Below, one piece after another: positions 16,735 to 24,233 of a stretch of DNA of 25,569 bases; position 1 is the first letter of the stretch, and the number at the start of each line of letters is the position of its first letter. The notes under the pieces are model-generated. The model saw only the letters and a program-made list of their open reading frames with translations. It ran no database searches and was not told the origin of the DNA. This DNA is from a virus. Taxonomy: Duplodnaviria > Caudoviricetes. The translations under genes and the position numbers were made by a program. The stretch covers positions 1 through 25,569 of the IMG/VR virus record IMGVR_UViG_3300009095_000756; one strand, given 5' to 3'.

Positions 16735-18005
16735 ACAACCGACCTCAATCCGTTTCCGTTGTCTCGCCCCCACGCAGCCACCTGGGCCGCGCGCTTCGTC
16801 GCGATGCCGTCTTGCCCGAGGCGTTCCCGGTTGTCGCGGATGTAGTCCGCAACGTTCGTACGGTTCAGCCGGATCTCGGCGTCGAGCATCTCTTCGACCG
16901 CCTGCTTCTCAGCATCGGTCGGCTCGAAGGTCTCGTCGGACCTGTGACCGTCGTCACCCGGGTTGGGCTCGGGAGATCCGGCCTTGGCAGGCTCCAGCTC
17001 GCGAGGTCCGGCCTCGGGTGCAGGGTCAACAGCCGGAGATCCGGCCTTGACGGGCTCGGGGTCCGGCGGGTCCACCCTCTCGACCTCACCCTTCACTACG
17101 CGCCTGCCCTTGGGGTCCGTCAGGTCCGCAAGACGGGCCTTCAGATCCTTGATTTCGGCTCGCTGGGTCTTGAGCTTGTCCTTGCGGGTCCGGGTGCCCT
17201 CGCGCTCGACCTCGGCCCAGGTCCACATGTCCTGGAAGTCATCGAAACCGAATCGGATGGACCCGCTCCACGCGGTCCACGAGATCCGGGGGTACCGCAG
17301 CCAGCGCGTGAACCCGATCCGGGGTCGGGCACCGGAGATCTTGCCGTCGGCCCGGAGCTTGCGCCGGATCACGAGCTTGTTGTATGCCTCCCAGACCAAG
17401 ATCCCGATCATGGTCATGGTCGAGTACGCGACCGAACGCGGCGTTGCGGACCAGTTGTCGGCCCAGTGCCACCACTGCTGCACGCCGTTCGCGAGTGCGA
17501 AGAACCACGTGAGCATTCGGTAATACGAACCGATGTCGCCGTCCTTGCGCGCCTCGTGGTACATCCAGGCGCAGAAGACGATGGTCAGCTCGTAAGCCGC
17601 CGCGTACGCGACGCCTCCACCGAAGGGCCATTCGAGGACCTTCTGGGCGAACCCGATCTGACCGGTCCACGCGATGGACATCGGGGCCATGATCGGCCCG
17701 ACCACCATGGCGGTCTGGGTCGCGGCACCGAGCCGACGCTTGAACTCGACCCAACGCTCGGCGTTGCGCTCCTTGCGCGCCTTCGCCTCGCGCTCCTTCT
17801 TGCGTCGAAGGATCTCGGCCTGCCGCTCCTGCTCGCTGAGCAACGCGGTCTTGGTCTTGGCTTCGGTCTTCGCGCGGTCCGCCCTGGACCGAGTCCGCGC
17901 CTGCTCCTTGGCGGCGACAGCCTCGACGTCTTCCAGCTTGCGGCGACCGCGACGGGACCGGGGCTCAACCGGAGTCTTCTCGACGGGAACCTTCCGCTCC
18001 GCCAC
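16731..18005 (-). CDS. Spd/DUF2637-like multi-pass membrane protein
   Basis: Charged coiled-coil N-terminus, ~4 TM segments (SIAWTGQIGFA..AAAYE..), RWLRYPRISWTAW, Pro-rich linker, helical C-terminus; SD GAGGTG before GTG 18005 (ORF extends to 18014). Confidence 0.7.
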   Translation of the reverse strand: MAERKVPVEKTPVEPRSRRGRRKLEDVEAVAAKEQARTRSRADRAKTEAKTKTALLSEQERQAEILRRKKEREAKARKERNAERWVEFKRRLGAATQTAMVVGPIMAPMSIAWTGQIGFAQKVLEWPFGGGVAYAAAYELTIVFCAWMYHEARKDGDIGSYYRMLTWFFALANGVQQWWHWADNWSATPRSVAYSTMTMIGILVWEAYNKLVIRRKLRADGKISGARPRIGFTRWLRYPRISWTAWSGSIRFGFDDFQDMWTWAEVEREGTRTRKDKLKTQRAEIKDLKARLADLTDPKGRRVVKGEVERVDPPDPEPVKAGSPAVDPAPEAGPRELEPAKAGSPEPNPGDDGHRSDETFEPTDAEKQAVEEMLDAEIRLNRTNVADYIRDNRERLGQDGIATKRAAQVAAWGRDNGNGLRSVV

Positions 18006-18059
18006 CGTAATCACCTCAATCGTAATAGGAGGCCGGGCGTTCGTCCGGCCGAGAAACCC

Positions 18060-18090
18060 ATCTTATCATAGGAGTTGCTTCTACGACAAG
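18060..18090 (-). promoter_or_regulatory. Cassette-type promoter heading the transfer operon
   Basis: cTTGTCG-tagaa-GCAAC-tccta-TGA-TAAGAT. Confidence 0.65.
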
Positions 18091-18148
18091 TGGAGGCGGC
18101 GCGGCTGAGGTGCTGGGAGACGTGTCGTGTGTCACACGGCTGAGGTAA

Positions 18149-18179
18149 CTTGCGCACTCCGCAAGCCGTGTGCTTTAAT
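18149..18179 (+). promoter_or_regulatory. Cassette promoter/operator copy (plus strand)
   Basis: cTTGCGC-actcc-GCAAG-ccgtg-TGC-TTTAAT. Confidence 0.8.
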
Positions 18180-18224
18180 GGAATCACAGCGGGGCACCAA
18201 GCCCCCCGACACAAGGAGCACGAG

Positions 18225-18512
18225 ATGGCGATCAAGATCCTGCGGGACGCCGGATTCAACAAGGAAGACCACATCCTCACCCTGATCCACCGGGGCCCCG
18301 AGACCCTGGCCGAGGTCCGGGTCAAGGACCAGAACGGCGCGTTCGTCACCTTCACGAACGCACTCCCGGTCGCCACCGCCTTGGACGTCATCCGGCGGAG
18401 CCACAACGCGGACGTCATCAACGGCAAGAACCTCGGTCGGATGATGCACGAGCGGAGCGACGAGAACATCGCGGCTCTCGCTCGGGTGTACCTGGTCGAG
18501 CACCTCATCTGA
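18225..18512 (+). CDS. Hypothetical protein (95 aa, MAIKILRDAG..)
   Basis: SD AAGGAG before ATG 18225. Confidence 0.75.
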   Translation: MAIKILRDAGFNKEDHILTLIHRGPETLAEVRVKDQNGAFVTFTNALPVATALDVIRRSHNADVINGKNLGRMMHERSDENIAALARVYLVEHLI

Positions 18513-18530
18513 CGTCGTCCCGCCCGGGGC

Positions 18531-18560
18531 ATTGCGCCCCGGGCAAGGACATGATTTAAT
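18531..18560 (+). promoter_or_regulatory. Cassette promoter/operator copy (plus strand)
   Basis: aTTGCGC-cccgg-GCAAG-gaca-TGA-TTTAAT, overlapping hairpin 18522-18544. Confidence 0.8.
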
Positions 18561-18611
18561 AAAATCAGAACGCGGGGGCCGGACCGTCCGGCCCCCCGGA
18601 AGGAGCCCCCG

Positions 18612-18791
18612 ATGGCGAAGATGCCGAAGAAGGTCACCGCGCAGACCGTCCGCTACATGACCCGGGCGGGGATGGGCCGGAACCACACGGAGCCGACCAC
18701 GGAGACCTGGGCGGAGCGTCAGGAGCGCGTGAACGCGGAGCGCGAGGCGCGTCGGAAGCAGCGCGAGGCGGAGGCGAACGGCGAGAGCTGA
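18612..18791 (+). CDS. Small charged protein (59 aa; below ORF-track cutoff)
   Basis: SD AAGGAG; MAKMPKKVTAQTVRYMTRAGMGRNHTEPTTETWAERQERVNAEREARRKQREAEANGES. Confidence 0.7.
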   Translation: MAKMPKKVTAQTVRYMTRAGMGRNHTEPTTETWAERQERVNAEREARRKQREAEANGES

Positions 18792-18809
18792 CGCCCCCAC
18801 CCGACACGA

Positions 18810-18845
18810 CGAGACCCCGGGCCCGAGGAGGGCACCGGGGTCTCG
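18810..18845. terminator. Bidirectional terminator-like hairpin
   Basis: CGAGACCCCGG/CCGGGGTCTCG between convergent genes. Confidence 0.65.
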
Positions 18846-18851
18846 GCTTGT

Positions 18852-19583
18852 TCAGCGTCCTTGCAGGGCCTGACCGAGTTCAGCCCACTTGTCGCGTCCC
18901 CATACGGAGCCGCAGTTACCACACTTGATGGACGTGGACGACAACCCGGCCATCAGCTGCTGGCCACACACCAACCCCTCGCCTACCGAGGTCGGGCAAC
19001 GTCCCACCATGATGCGTGCAGGTCGTTCGATGGTAGGGTCGATCGCCGACCGTGCATCCTCAACGAACCGCCACACGTCCTGCTTGAACTGCCGGAAGTC
19101 GTGGCGGTGCTCGACTGCCCACGGCAGGTTGTTCAACAGAACCTTAACGGTGTTGTCGATCTGACCAGGTCGGCGAACCTTCTGGTTGCCGGGAGCTAGG
19201 TACACGACGAAGTGGTGTTGACCCCGCCAGACGGGCTGCCGGAACCCGAGTTCCGTGTACCACAAGCCGACCCAGCGTTGCAGGGTGTGGACGACGCCAC
19301 CCGCCCCCAGCAGATTCATGGCTTGCAGGCGTACGGGCGAGGGGGCGGACGTTTTCGACGTCTTGACGGACGGGTCCGAGTTGGACCGCCGGGCACCCGG
19401 GGTGAGAGCGTCAGTGCCCAGCCAGACCAGACGAGCGAACAAGCCGTCGGGCCCGACCAGCGCGTTGAGATTCTCCTTTACCTCGTCTTCACAGTTACAG
19501 CAGACGATCCGGCCTCGTTCCTGCTCTTCCGGCCGGAGAACGTGACTGCACCCAACGCACGTCGGTCGATCCTGGTCTTTCAA
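18852..19583 (-). CDS. Cys-rich Zn-binding phage protein
   Basis: CVGC..CCNC at the N-terminus; GRCP..CGQQL..CGNCGSVW at the C-terminus. Confidence 0.75.
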   Translation of the reverse strand: MKDQDRPTCVGCSHVLRPEEQERGRIVCCNCEDEVKENLNALVGPDGLFARLVWLGTDALTPGARRSNSDPSVKTSKTSAPSPVRLQAMNLLGAGGVVHTLQRWVGLWYTELGFRQPVWRGQHHFVVYLAPGNQKVRRPGQIDNTVKVLLNNLPWAVEHRHDFRQFKQDVWRFVEDARSAIDPTIERPARIMVGRCPTSVGEGLVCGQQLMAGLSSTSIKCGNCGSVWGRDKWAELGQALQGR

Positions 19584-19600
19584 TGCTTCTCCGGTCTCAC

Positions 19601-20320
19601 TTAACGAGCTACAACGAACTCGCGCTCGATGTTTCTGGTGATCTGACGGACCCGGTCGCGATTGGGCAGCGGCATCGGCCGGAGCCCGTCGAGGACGTCG
19701 AGCAGCATGTCAGCGTTGACCACGTGCACGCCCCGGAAGATCAGGTGATCGCCGTTCACCTTGCCTCGGTCGACGGCGATCACGGGCACCACGTCGAGCC
19801 CGATCTTCTGGTTCAGCCGATTGGCCTCCCATCGAACCGTGTCAGCCTTGTCGCCCTGCGGCCAGGGCCCGTACATCAACCGACCTCCAGTAACCCGGAT
19901 GACGGCCTTGGCCGCGTGCCAAGCCTTCGTGTCGACGTACACGAGGAACCGACCAGACGGGTGAATGAGGACGTGGTCGAGATTGGCGCGCGACCTCGGG
20001 ACGCGTCGATCGTGCAGCACGCCCCAACCCTCTCGGCGAAGCTGGTTGAGCACGCGGCCTACGCGACGCTCGGCTAGTGCGCCCTGAAGCCACCGGCGCC
20101 ACGTGGACGGCTTCCGCCAGCGCCAGACGGCCAGAGTGACCCCGGCGGCTCCTCCGGCCACGAGAGATACCACGGAGAGGCTTCCCGGGGCCAGAAGGAA
20201 GCCCACGCCACCCACCCCCCACGCGGAGCCAGCCCACTTCGACACGTCGACCACCTGCTTTTGCAGTAGGCGGCCAGCTTGTTTTAACGCGGAGTGTCCC
20301 GCGCTACCCGGCGTGTACAT
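19601..20320 (-). CDS. NERD (nuclease-related domain) protein with N-terminal TM segments
   Basis: GALAERRVGRVL..GWGVLHDRRVP..ANLDHVLIHPSG..VDTKAW; SD GGAGG before ATG 20320. Confidence 0.85.
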   Translation of the reverse strand: MYTPGSAGHSALKQAGRLLQKQVVDVSKWAGSAWGVGGVGFLLAPGSLSVVSLVAGGAAGVTLAVWRWRKPSTWRRWLQGALAERRVGRVLNQLRREGWGVLHDRRVPRSRANLDHVLIHPSGRFLVYVDTKAWHAAKAVIRVTGGRLMYGPWPQGDKADTVRWEANRLNQKIGLDVVPVIAVDRGKVNGDHLIFRGVHVVNADMLLDVLDGLRPMPLPNRDRVRQITRNIEREFVVAR

Positions 20321-20381
20321 GTTTTGCCTCCAGATACACGTAACCGCCGAGGACCTCCCGGCGGCTGCTGTGCTGGCCCCA

Positions 20382-20411
20382 ATGGTACCACCCGATTGCG
20401 GCGACGACAAG
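20382..20411 (-). promoter_or_regulatory. Cassette promoter/operator copy
   Basis: cTTGTCG-tcgcc-GCAAT-cggg-TGG-TACCAT. Confidence 0.6.
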
Positions 20412-20412
20412 C

Positions 20413-20451
20413 GACAGCCCCCGCACCCAGTGACCCGGGTCGGGGGCTGTC
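20413..20451 (-). terminator. Terminator-like hairpin
   Basis: GACAGCCCCCG/CGGGGGCTGTC. Confidence 0.6.
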
Positions 20452-20465
20452 TCAGTTCCAGGGCG

Positions 20466-20945
20466 TCAGCGCTTGCAGGTCGTGACCTCGCGCGAGTAGC
20501 TCAGGTTCTTGACCTTCGCGCCCTCGTTCTTGCTGGCGTACTTCAGGTACGTGCTGCGCGACACCTCGAACGTGACGTCGTCGCGGAGCTTGTCGCCGCT
20601 CTTGACGCGGTCCAGCTCGACGCAGTACATCGCCGACTTGCCCGGCTTGACCAGCTTGCGGTACGACTCCTGGTGCGTTCCCACGTTCACCCGGGAGCAG
20701 TCCTGGTAGGTCTCGGTCGTCGTGCGCTTGTTCACAGTCTTGGTACGCGTCTTGGTCTTGCAGTCGTTCCGGTAGTCGGTCACGATGCGGGTCGCGGTCT
20801 TGTAGACCGGCTTGACGGCCTTGGCCGACTTCACCTCGTCTAACACGCCGGACACCTTGCGGTCGGTGTCAGAACCGCACGCGGTCAGCGAAACGGCCAG
20901 CGCAGCCACGACGGACGCGAGGGCGGTGGCGGTGTTCTTGTTCAT
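20466..20945 (-). CDS. Basic lipoprotein
   Basis: Signal peptide with lipobox LTA-C; Lys/Thr-rich mature part with four further Cys. Confidence 0.8.
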   Translation of the reverse strand: MNKNTATALASVVAALAVSLTACGSDTDRKVSGVLDEVKSAKAVKPVYKTATRIVTDYRNDCKTKTRTKTVNKRTTTETYQDCSRVNVGTHQESYRKLVKPGKSAMYCVELDRVKSGDKLRDDVTFEVSRSTYLKYASKNEGAKVKNLSYSREVTTCKR

Positions 20946-21032
20946 TGTGCCCCCCTGGGTGGTTGATTGATGACCGGGGCGGTGGCGGCTCGATGGCTCA
21001 CGCCACCTGCCCCGGTCCCTTGCTACGTAACT

Positions 21033-21063
21033 ACCTTATCACGGTTATTGCCCCCAGCGCAAG
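21033..21063 (-). promoter_or_regulatory. Cassette promoter/operator copy
   Basis: cTTGCGC-tgggg-GCAAT-aaccg-TGA-TAAGGT. Confidence 0.75.
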
Positions 21064-21095
21064 TACCCAGGAACAAACGACCTTGAAACACGACT

Positions 21096-21126
21096 CGGCC
21101 CCCGCTCCATCTCGGAGCGGGGGCCG
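21096..21126 (-). terminator. Terminator-like hairpin
   Basis: 13-bp IR CGGCCCCCGCTCC/GGAGCGGGGGCCG. Confidence 0.65.
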
Positions 21127-21150
21127 TGGTCACGCGGTTCGCAGCCCGGG

Positions 21151-21801
21151 TCAGGCGGAGACCTCGACGGTCGAGGGGTCGATCACGGGGGTGTAGTCCG
21201 TGGTCTCGACCTCGTCGTCGCCCTTCTTGTACTTGAACGTTCCGTCGTCGAGGATCTCGCCGTCGACCGTGGAGCGGCCGACCTTGGCCTTGGCCGGACC
21301 CGGCTGGCTCTTGCGGTCCTCAGCGGCCTTGGCGACGGCCTCGGCGTGCGCCTTCTTCTGCGCAGCCTTGGCGTCGCGCTCCGCCTTCGCCTCGGCCTTC
21401 TTGCGCTCGGTCTCGGCCTTCTTCGCCTCGCGCTCCTTGGCCTTGGCGTCACGCGCCTCCTGCTTGGCCTTCGCGGCGTCGACGGACTTCTCGACGAGGC
21501 CCCGGAACCCGAACTCCTCGGCCGCGTGCAGCGGGTCCATCTCCTCGGTCTCGCCGTCGACGGTCTTGACGACCTGGTTACCGGCCGAGCCGACCTTGAT
21601 CAGAAGGGACTTCAGCTTGGCGTCGTGACCCGGGCGGAACGTGCGCGGGGTGACCTCGGCGCAGCCGGTCGACAGGGTCTCGCCCCTGACGTCCTGGCCG
21701 GAGTAGAACTGGCACGCGCAGGCGGTGGCCTCGACGACCTTCTTCTCGCGCTTCGGCTTGTCCTCGGCGACGGCGGTCTCGGCGACGGCGGTCTCGGTCA
21801 T
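21151..21801 (-). CDS. PGHDA-family protein, copy E (long Ala/Lys/Glu helix)
   Basis: CAC..STGC..RTFRPGHDAKLKSLLIKV..FGF..AKVGRSTVDG; SD GGAGGT. Confidence 0.85.
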   Translation of the reverse strand: MTETAVAETAVAEDKPKREKKVVEATACACQFYSGQDVRGETLSTGCAEVTPRTFRPGHDAKLKSLLIKVGSAGNQVVKTVDGETEEMDPLHAAEEFGFRGLVEKSVDAAKAKQEARDAKAKEREAKKAETERKKAEAKAERDAKAAQKKAHAEAVAKAAEDRKSQPGPAKAKVGRSTVDGEILDDGTFKYKKGDDEVETTDYTPVIDPSTVEVSA

Positions 21802-21845
21802 GGTGTGTTACCTCCAGAAAGGGGACTTCGTGCTTCGTTGGTTCC

Positions 21846-21876
21846 ATTGTACCATGGCCCTTGCGGTGAGGACAAG
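21846..21876 (-). promoter_or_regulatory. Cassette promoter/operator copy
   Basis: cTTGTCC-tcacc-GCAAG-ggcca-TGG-TACAAT. Confidence 0.7.
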
Positions 21877-21917
21877 TCCCCTTGGTCGGCCCTGGTTTTG
21901 GAAGCGGCGCAAGGACT

Positions 21918-21947
21918 ATCTAACCACACCCGAGCGTCGGGCGCAAG
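21918..21947 (-). promoter_or_regulatory. Second, tandem cassette promoter (degenerate half-site)
   Basis: cTTGCGC-ccgac-GCTCG-ggtg-TGG-TTAGAT. Confidence 0.5.
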
Positions 21948-22193
21948 TCAGTAGTCGAGGGGGCTGTTATGGCTCATGGTGCGACCGCCCATGGCGTTTC
22001 GCTCGTCGTCCTCCGGCACCAAACCGAGGGCGTCGAAGACCTCTCGGACGGCCTCTCGCTCCTCCGGGGTCACTTCGTCCGTGGACGGGTCCACGAGGGC
22101 CCCCGCTGCCGCACGGACGGCCTCGCTGAGCTGCTCTGGCTTGAACGCCTCGGCCCCACCCAGGAATTTCACTCGGTATTGCTTGTTGCTCAC
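21948..22193 (-). CDS. Hypothetical protein (81 aa, MSNKQYRV..)
   Basis: SD GGAGG before GTG 22193; 3' part of ORF 21948..22640. Confidence 0.65.
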   Translation of the reverse strand: MSNKQYRVKFLGGAEAFKPEQLSEAVRAAAGALVDPSTDEVTPEEREAVREVFDALGLVPEDDERNAMGGRTMSHNSPLDY

Positions 22194-22212
22194 AGGTCCT
22201 CCAACGCGACTG

Positions 22213-22246
22213 GGCGGGGGGTGGCGACGTTCCGCCACCCCCCGCC
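22213..22246 (-). terminator. Intergenic hairpin (terminator or processing site)
   Basis: 14-bp IR GGCGGGGGGTGGCG/CGCCACCCCCCGCC. Confidence 0.55.
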
Positions 22247-22255
22247 GGGGTCTGT

Positions 22256-22714
22256 TTACTTGTTGACGTTCGGTCGGCTCTTGCCCTGGACTCGGGCCGT
22301 GGTGGTCTTCCGGGCCGGAAGCGTGATCCGGGTCTTGTGGGGGCGGATCGTGAACAGGTACATCGATCGCCAGAACAGCCCGCCAGCGCCGATGCCCAGG
22401 GCAGTCGACCCCCACCAGCTCAGGCCGTAGTCGGCGTTGAGGTAGTACCCGATCCACGCGGCCTCGGCCAGCGACCACAGCAGGACGACCAGCACCCACA
22501 CCGCCTTGGCCTTGCTCAGCTTGGGCTTGGCATCGGCGATGAACTCCAGCGCTCGGCCGTTCGCCTGAACGGTCTTCTCGGTGCTGACCTGGATGGCGAG
22601 GATGGTGCCGTGCTGGTCGAGCCGCTCGTGGTCGACCCAACCCTTCACGGTGCCGACCTCACCGGTCCGGGTGATGCGGACGACGTCGCCTCGTGCGACG
22701 CGGTAAACGGTCAT
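22256..22714 (-). CDS. Membrane protein with N-terminal KOW/SH3-like beta domain and two TM helices
   Basis: RGDVVRITRTGEVGTV; ATGA overlap with the upstream gene. Confidence 0.7.
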   Translation of the reverse strand: MTVYRVARGDVVRITRTGEVGTVKGWVDHERLDQHGTILAIQVSTEKTVQANGRALEFIADAKPKLSKAKAVWVLVVLLWSLAEAAWIGYYLNADYGLSWWGSTALGIGAGGLFWRSMYLFTIRPHKTRITLPARKTTTARVQGKSRPNVNK

Positions 22715-22953
22715 TCGGATACCCCCAGCGGGATTTCGTAGTCGTAGCCGGTCGGCGTCAGGTGACGCAGAACGGTCCTTTCGGTGTCCCAGTAGTCGAT
22801 GTCGATCTCGAACCCGTACGAGTCGACCAGGGCCAGCACCTCGCGCCGGACGTGCTCGGCCAGGGCCTCCAGGTGGGCGGCCTCGATCTTGGCACGCCGG
22901 ACGTTGTCCGGGTGGTGGATAGAGTCGGGGTGGTAGTCCTCGTTGGCGCTCAC
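22711..22953 (-). CDS. Hypothetical protein (80 aa)
   Basis: SD GAGGAGG before GTG; in operon with the WYL gene. Confidence 0.7.
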   Translation of the reverse strand: MSANEDYHPDSIHHPDNVRRAKIEAAHLEALAEHVRREVLALVDSYGFEIDIDYWDTERTVLRHLTPTGYDYEIPLGVSE

Positions 22954-22962
22954 GGGCCCTCC

Positions 22963-23316
22963 TCAGGCGGTCAGTTCGTAAGTTCCCCACGCACGAAACC
23001 CGATCACGTCGCCATCCTCGTCCAGCACTTCGGCCACCGAGGTGGCGTAGGTCGGCAGGGTGTACGCGGCAAGCTTCGGGGCGCGATGCAGGGTGTAGTG
23101 GGTGACGCGGTCCACGCGGAACGTGGTCATCTCCTGGTCGCGGTGGTCCCAGGCGTAAAAGGTGACGTTACCCGCGCTGGTGACCGAAAACGAGTGGATC
23201 TCCACGCGACGTCGGCTGACCATTCCGTCCTTGCGGACGTATCGGATGGTCACGGCGCGACCGGCAGACATGGCCCCCATCAGGTGGGCCAGCGTGTTCG
23301 CCGAGTTCTTCCGCAT
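22963..23316 (-). CDS. Stand-alone WYL-domain protein
   Basis: AMSAGRAVTIRYVRKDG..RRRVEI..FYAWDHRDQEMTTFRVDRV fits the WYL pattern; SD GGAGGT. Confidence 0.85.
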   Translation of the reverse strand: MRKNSANTLAHLMGAMSAGRAVTIRYVRKDGMVSRRRVEIHSFSVTSAGNVTFYAWDHRDQEMTTFRVDRVTHYTLHRAPKLAAYTLPTYATSVAEVLDEDGDVIGFRAWGTYELTA

Positions 23317-23350
23317 CGTGACCTCCGTGTGTCCGTCCCTGTCTTACACC

Positions 23351-23381
23351 AGTAAATCACACAACTTGCCCTGTGCGCAAG
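23351..23381 (-). promoter_or_regulatory. Cassette promoter/operator copy
   Basis: cTTGCGC-acagg-GCAAG-ttgtg-TGA-TTTACT. Confidence 0.8.
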
Positions 23382-23400
23382 TATCCGGTCGGGTGACACG

Positions 23401-23436
23401 CCGGAGCCCCCGCCGGGGGGGTGGCGGGGGCTCCGG
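23401..23436 (-). terminator. Terminator-like hairpin
   Basis: 14-bp IR CCGGAGCCCCCGCC/GGCGGGGGCTCCGG. Confidence 0.65.
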
Positions 23437-23446
23437 TCGTACCGGG

Positions 23447-23914
23447 TCAGAACCGGTACGCGGTGACGTTGCAGGGCAGTCCCAGGACGTCACGTCGCAC
23501 GGAACCGACCAACATCGCGTTGTCGTGGCCGTCGCGGGTCAGCCGCGCGCTGACGATCTCGCCCAGGTCCTCGCTCCCGTCCAGGAGCATTCCGACCAGG
23601 TTAGGCGCCTCGTCGGCGATGTTCTCGGCGGTCAGCCGCACGGTGTAAACGGCGGTGGGGACCTGGTTCGCGCGCCACTCAGCGGCCTTGCGCTCGGCCT
23701 CCGCGTTGGCGATCGCGGCTTCCACGGCCTGCGCCTTGGTCCGACGCGACCGGCCGGACTGCCACTCGTAGGAGTCCTTGGCCATCGCCCGGTACGACCG
23801 GTTCTCACCGACCACCCAACCCCAGAATTCACCGCTCATGTGCACCTCGTACACCTTGCCCTCGGCGACCTCGTAGGAGCGGATCTGGCGGGTGCGGGTG
23901 AAGGTGGCGTTCAT
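23447..23914 (-). CDS. Hypothetical protein (155 aa)
   Basis: SD AAGGAG; own promoter, leader hairpin and terminator. Confidence 0.75.
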   Translation of the reverse strand: MNATFTRTRQIRSYEVAEGKVYEVHMSGEFWGWVVGENRSYRAMAKDSYEWQSGRSRRTKAQAVEAAIANAEAERKAAEWRANQVPTAVYTVRLTAENIADEAPNLVGMLLDGSEDLGEIVSARLTRDGHDNAMLVGSVRRDVLGLPCNVTAYRF

Positions 23915-23968
23915 GGGGTGCTCCTTGGGAGCCGGGCGAGGGGGCGGTTCCCCCTCGCTGGTAACACC

Positions 23969-23998
23969 AGTAAATCACAGGCTTGCGGCTGGCGCAAG
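23969..23998 (-). promoter_or_regulatory. Cassette promoter/operator copy
   Basis: cTTGCGC-cagcc-GCAAG-cctg-TGA-TTTACT. Confidence 0.8.
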
Positions 23999-24196
23999 TT
24001 ACCCGACTCGGGTAACCCCGGCTCGGTCCTCGTGCACAACCTCGGACACCTTGCCCGCCACGATCATCCGGCCGTGTTCGGCCAGCGCAGCCAGCACGAC
24101 CTCAGCGTCGGTCGCCTGAGAGTCGTTGCTGGCGACGTCGTACACGAACTGACGGTCTGATTCCTTGCTGACCAACGCGACTTGCCACTTACCCAT
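23999..24196 (-). CDS. Hypothetical protein (65 aa)
   Basis: SD GGGAG before ATG. Confidence 0.6.
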   Translation of the reverse strand: MGKWQVALVSKESDRQFVYDVASNDSQATDAEVVLAALAEHGRMIVAGKVSEVVHEDRAGVTRVG

Positions 24197-24233
24197 CGTT
24201 TATCTCCCGTTTTGGCGCGTGTGCTTTTCATGC

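Noticed and set aside
16971-17049. Direct repeat GGAGATCCGGCCTTG in the Spd-like gene
   Set aside because: Encodes a duplicated KAGSP peptide in a Pro-rich linker; no evidence of a cis role
12436-18071. Long plus-strand ORFs (712, 724, 419 aa)
   Set aside because: Antisense to traB, TraA-like and Spd-like genes; no SD, promoter or recognisable motifs
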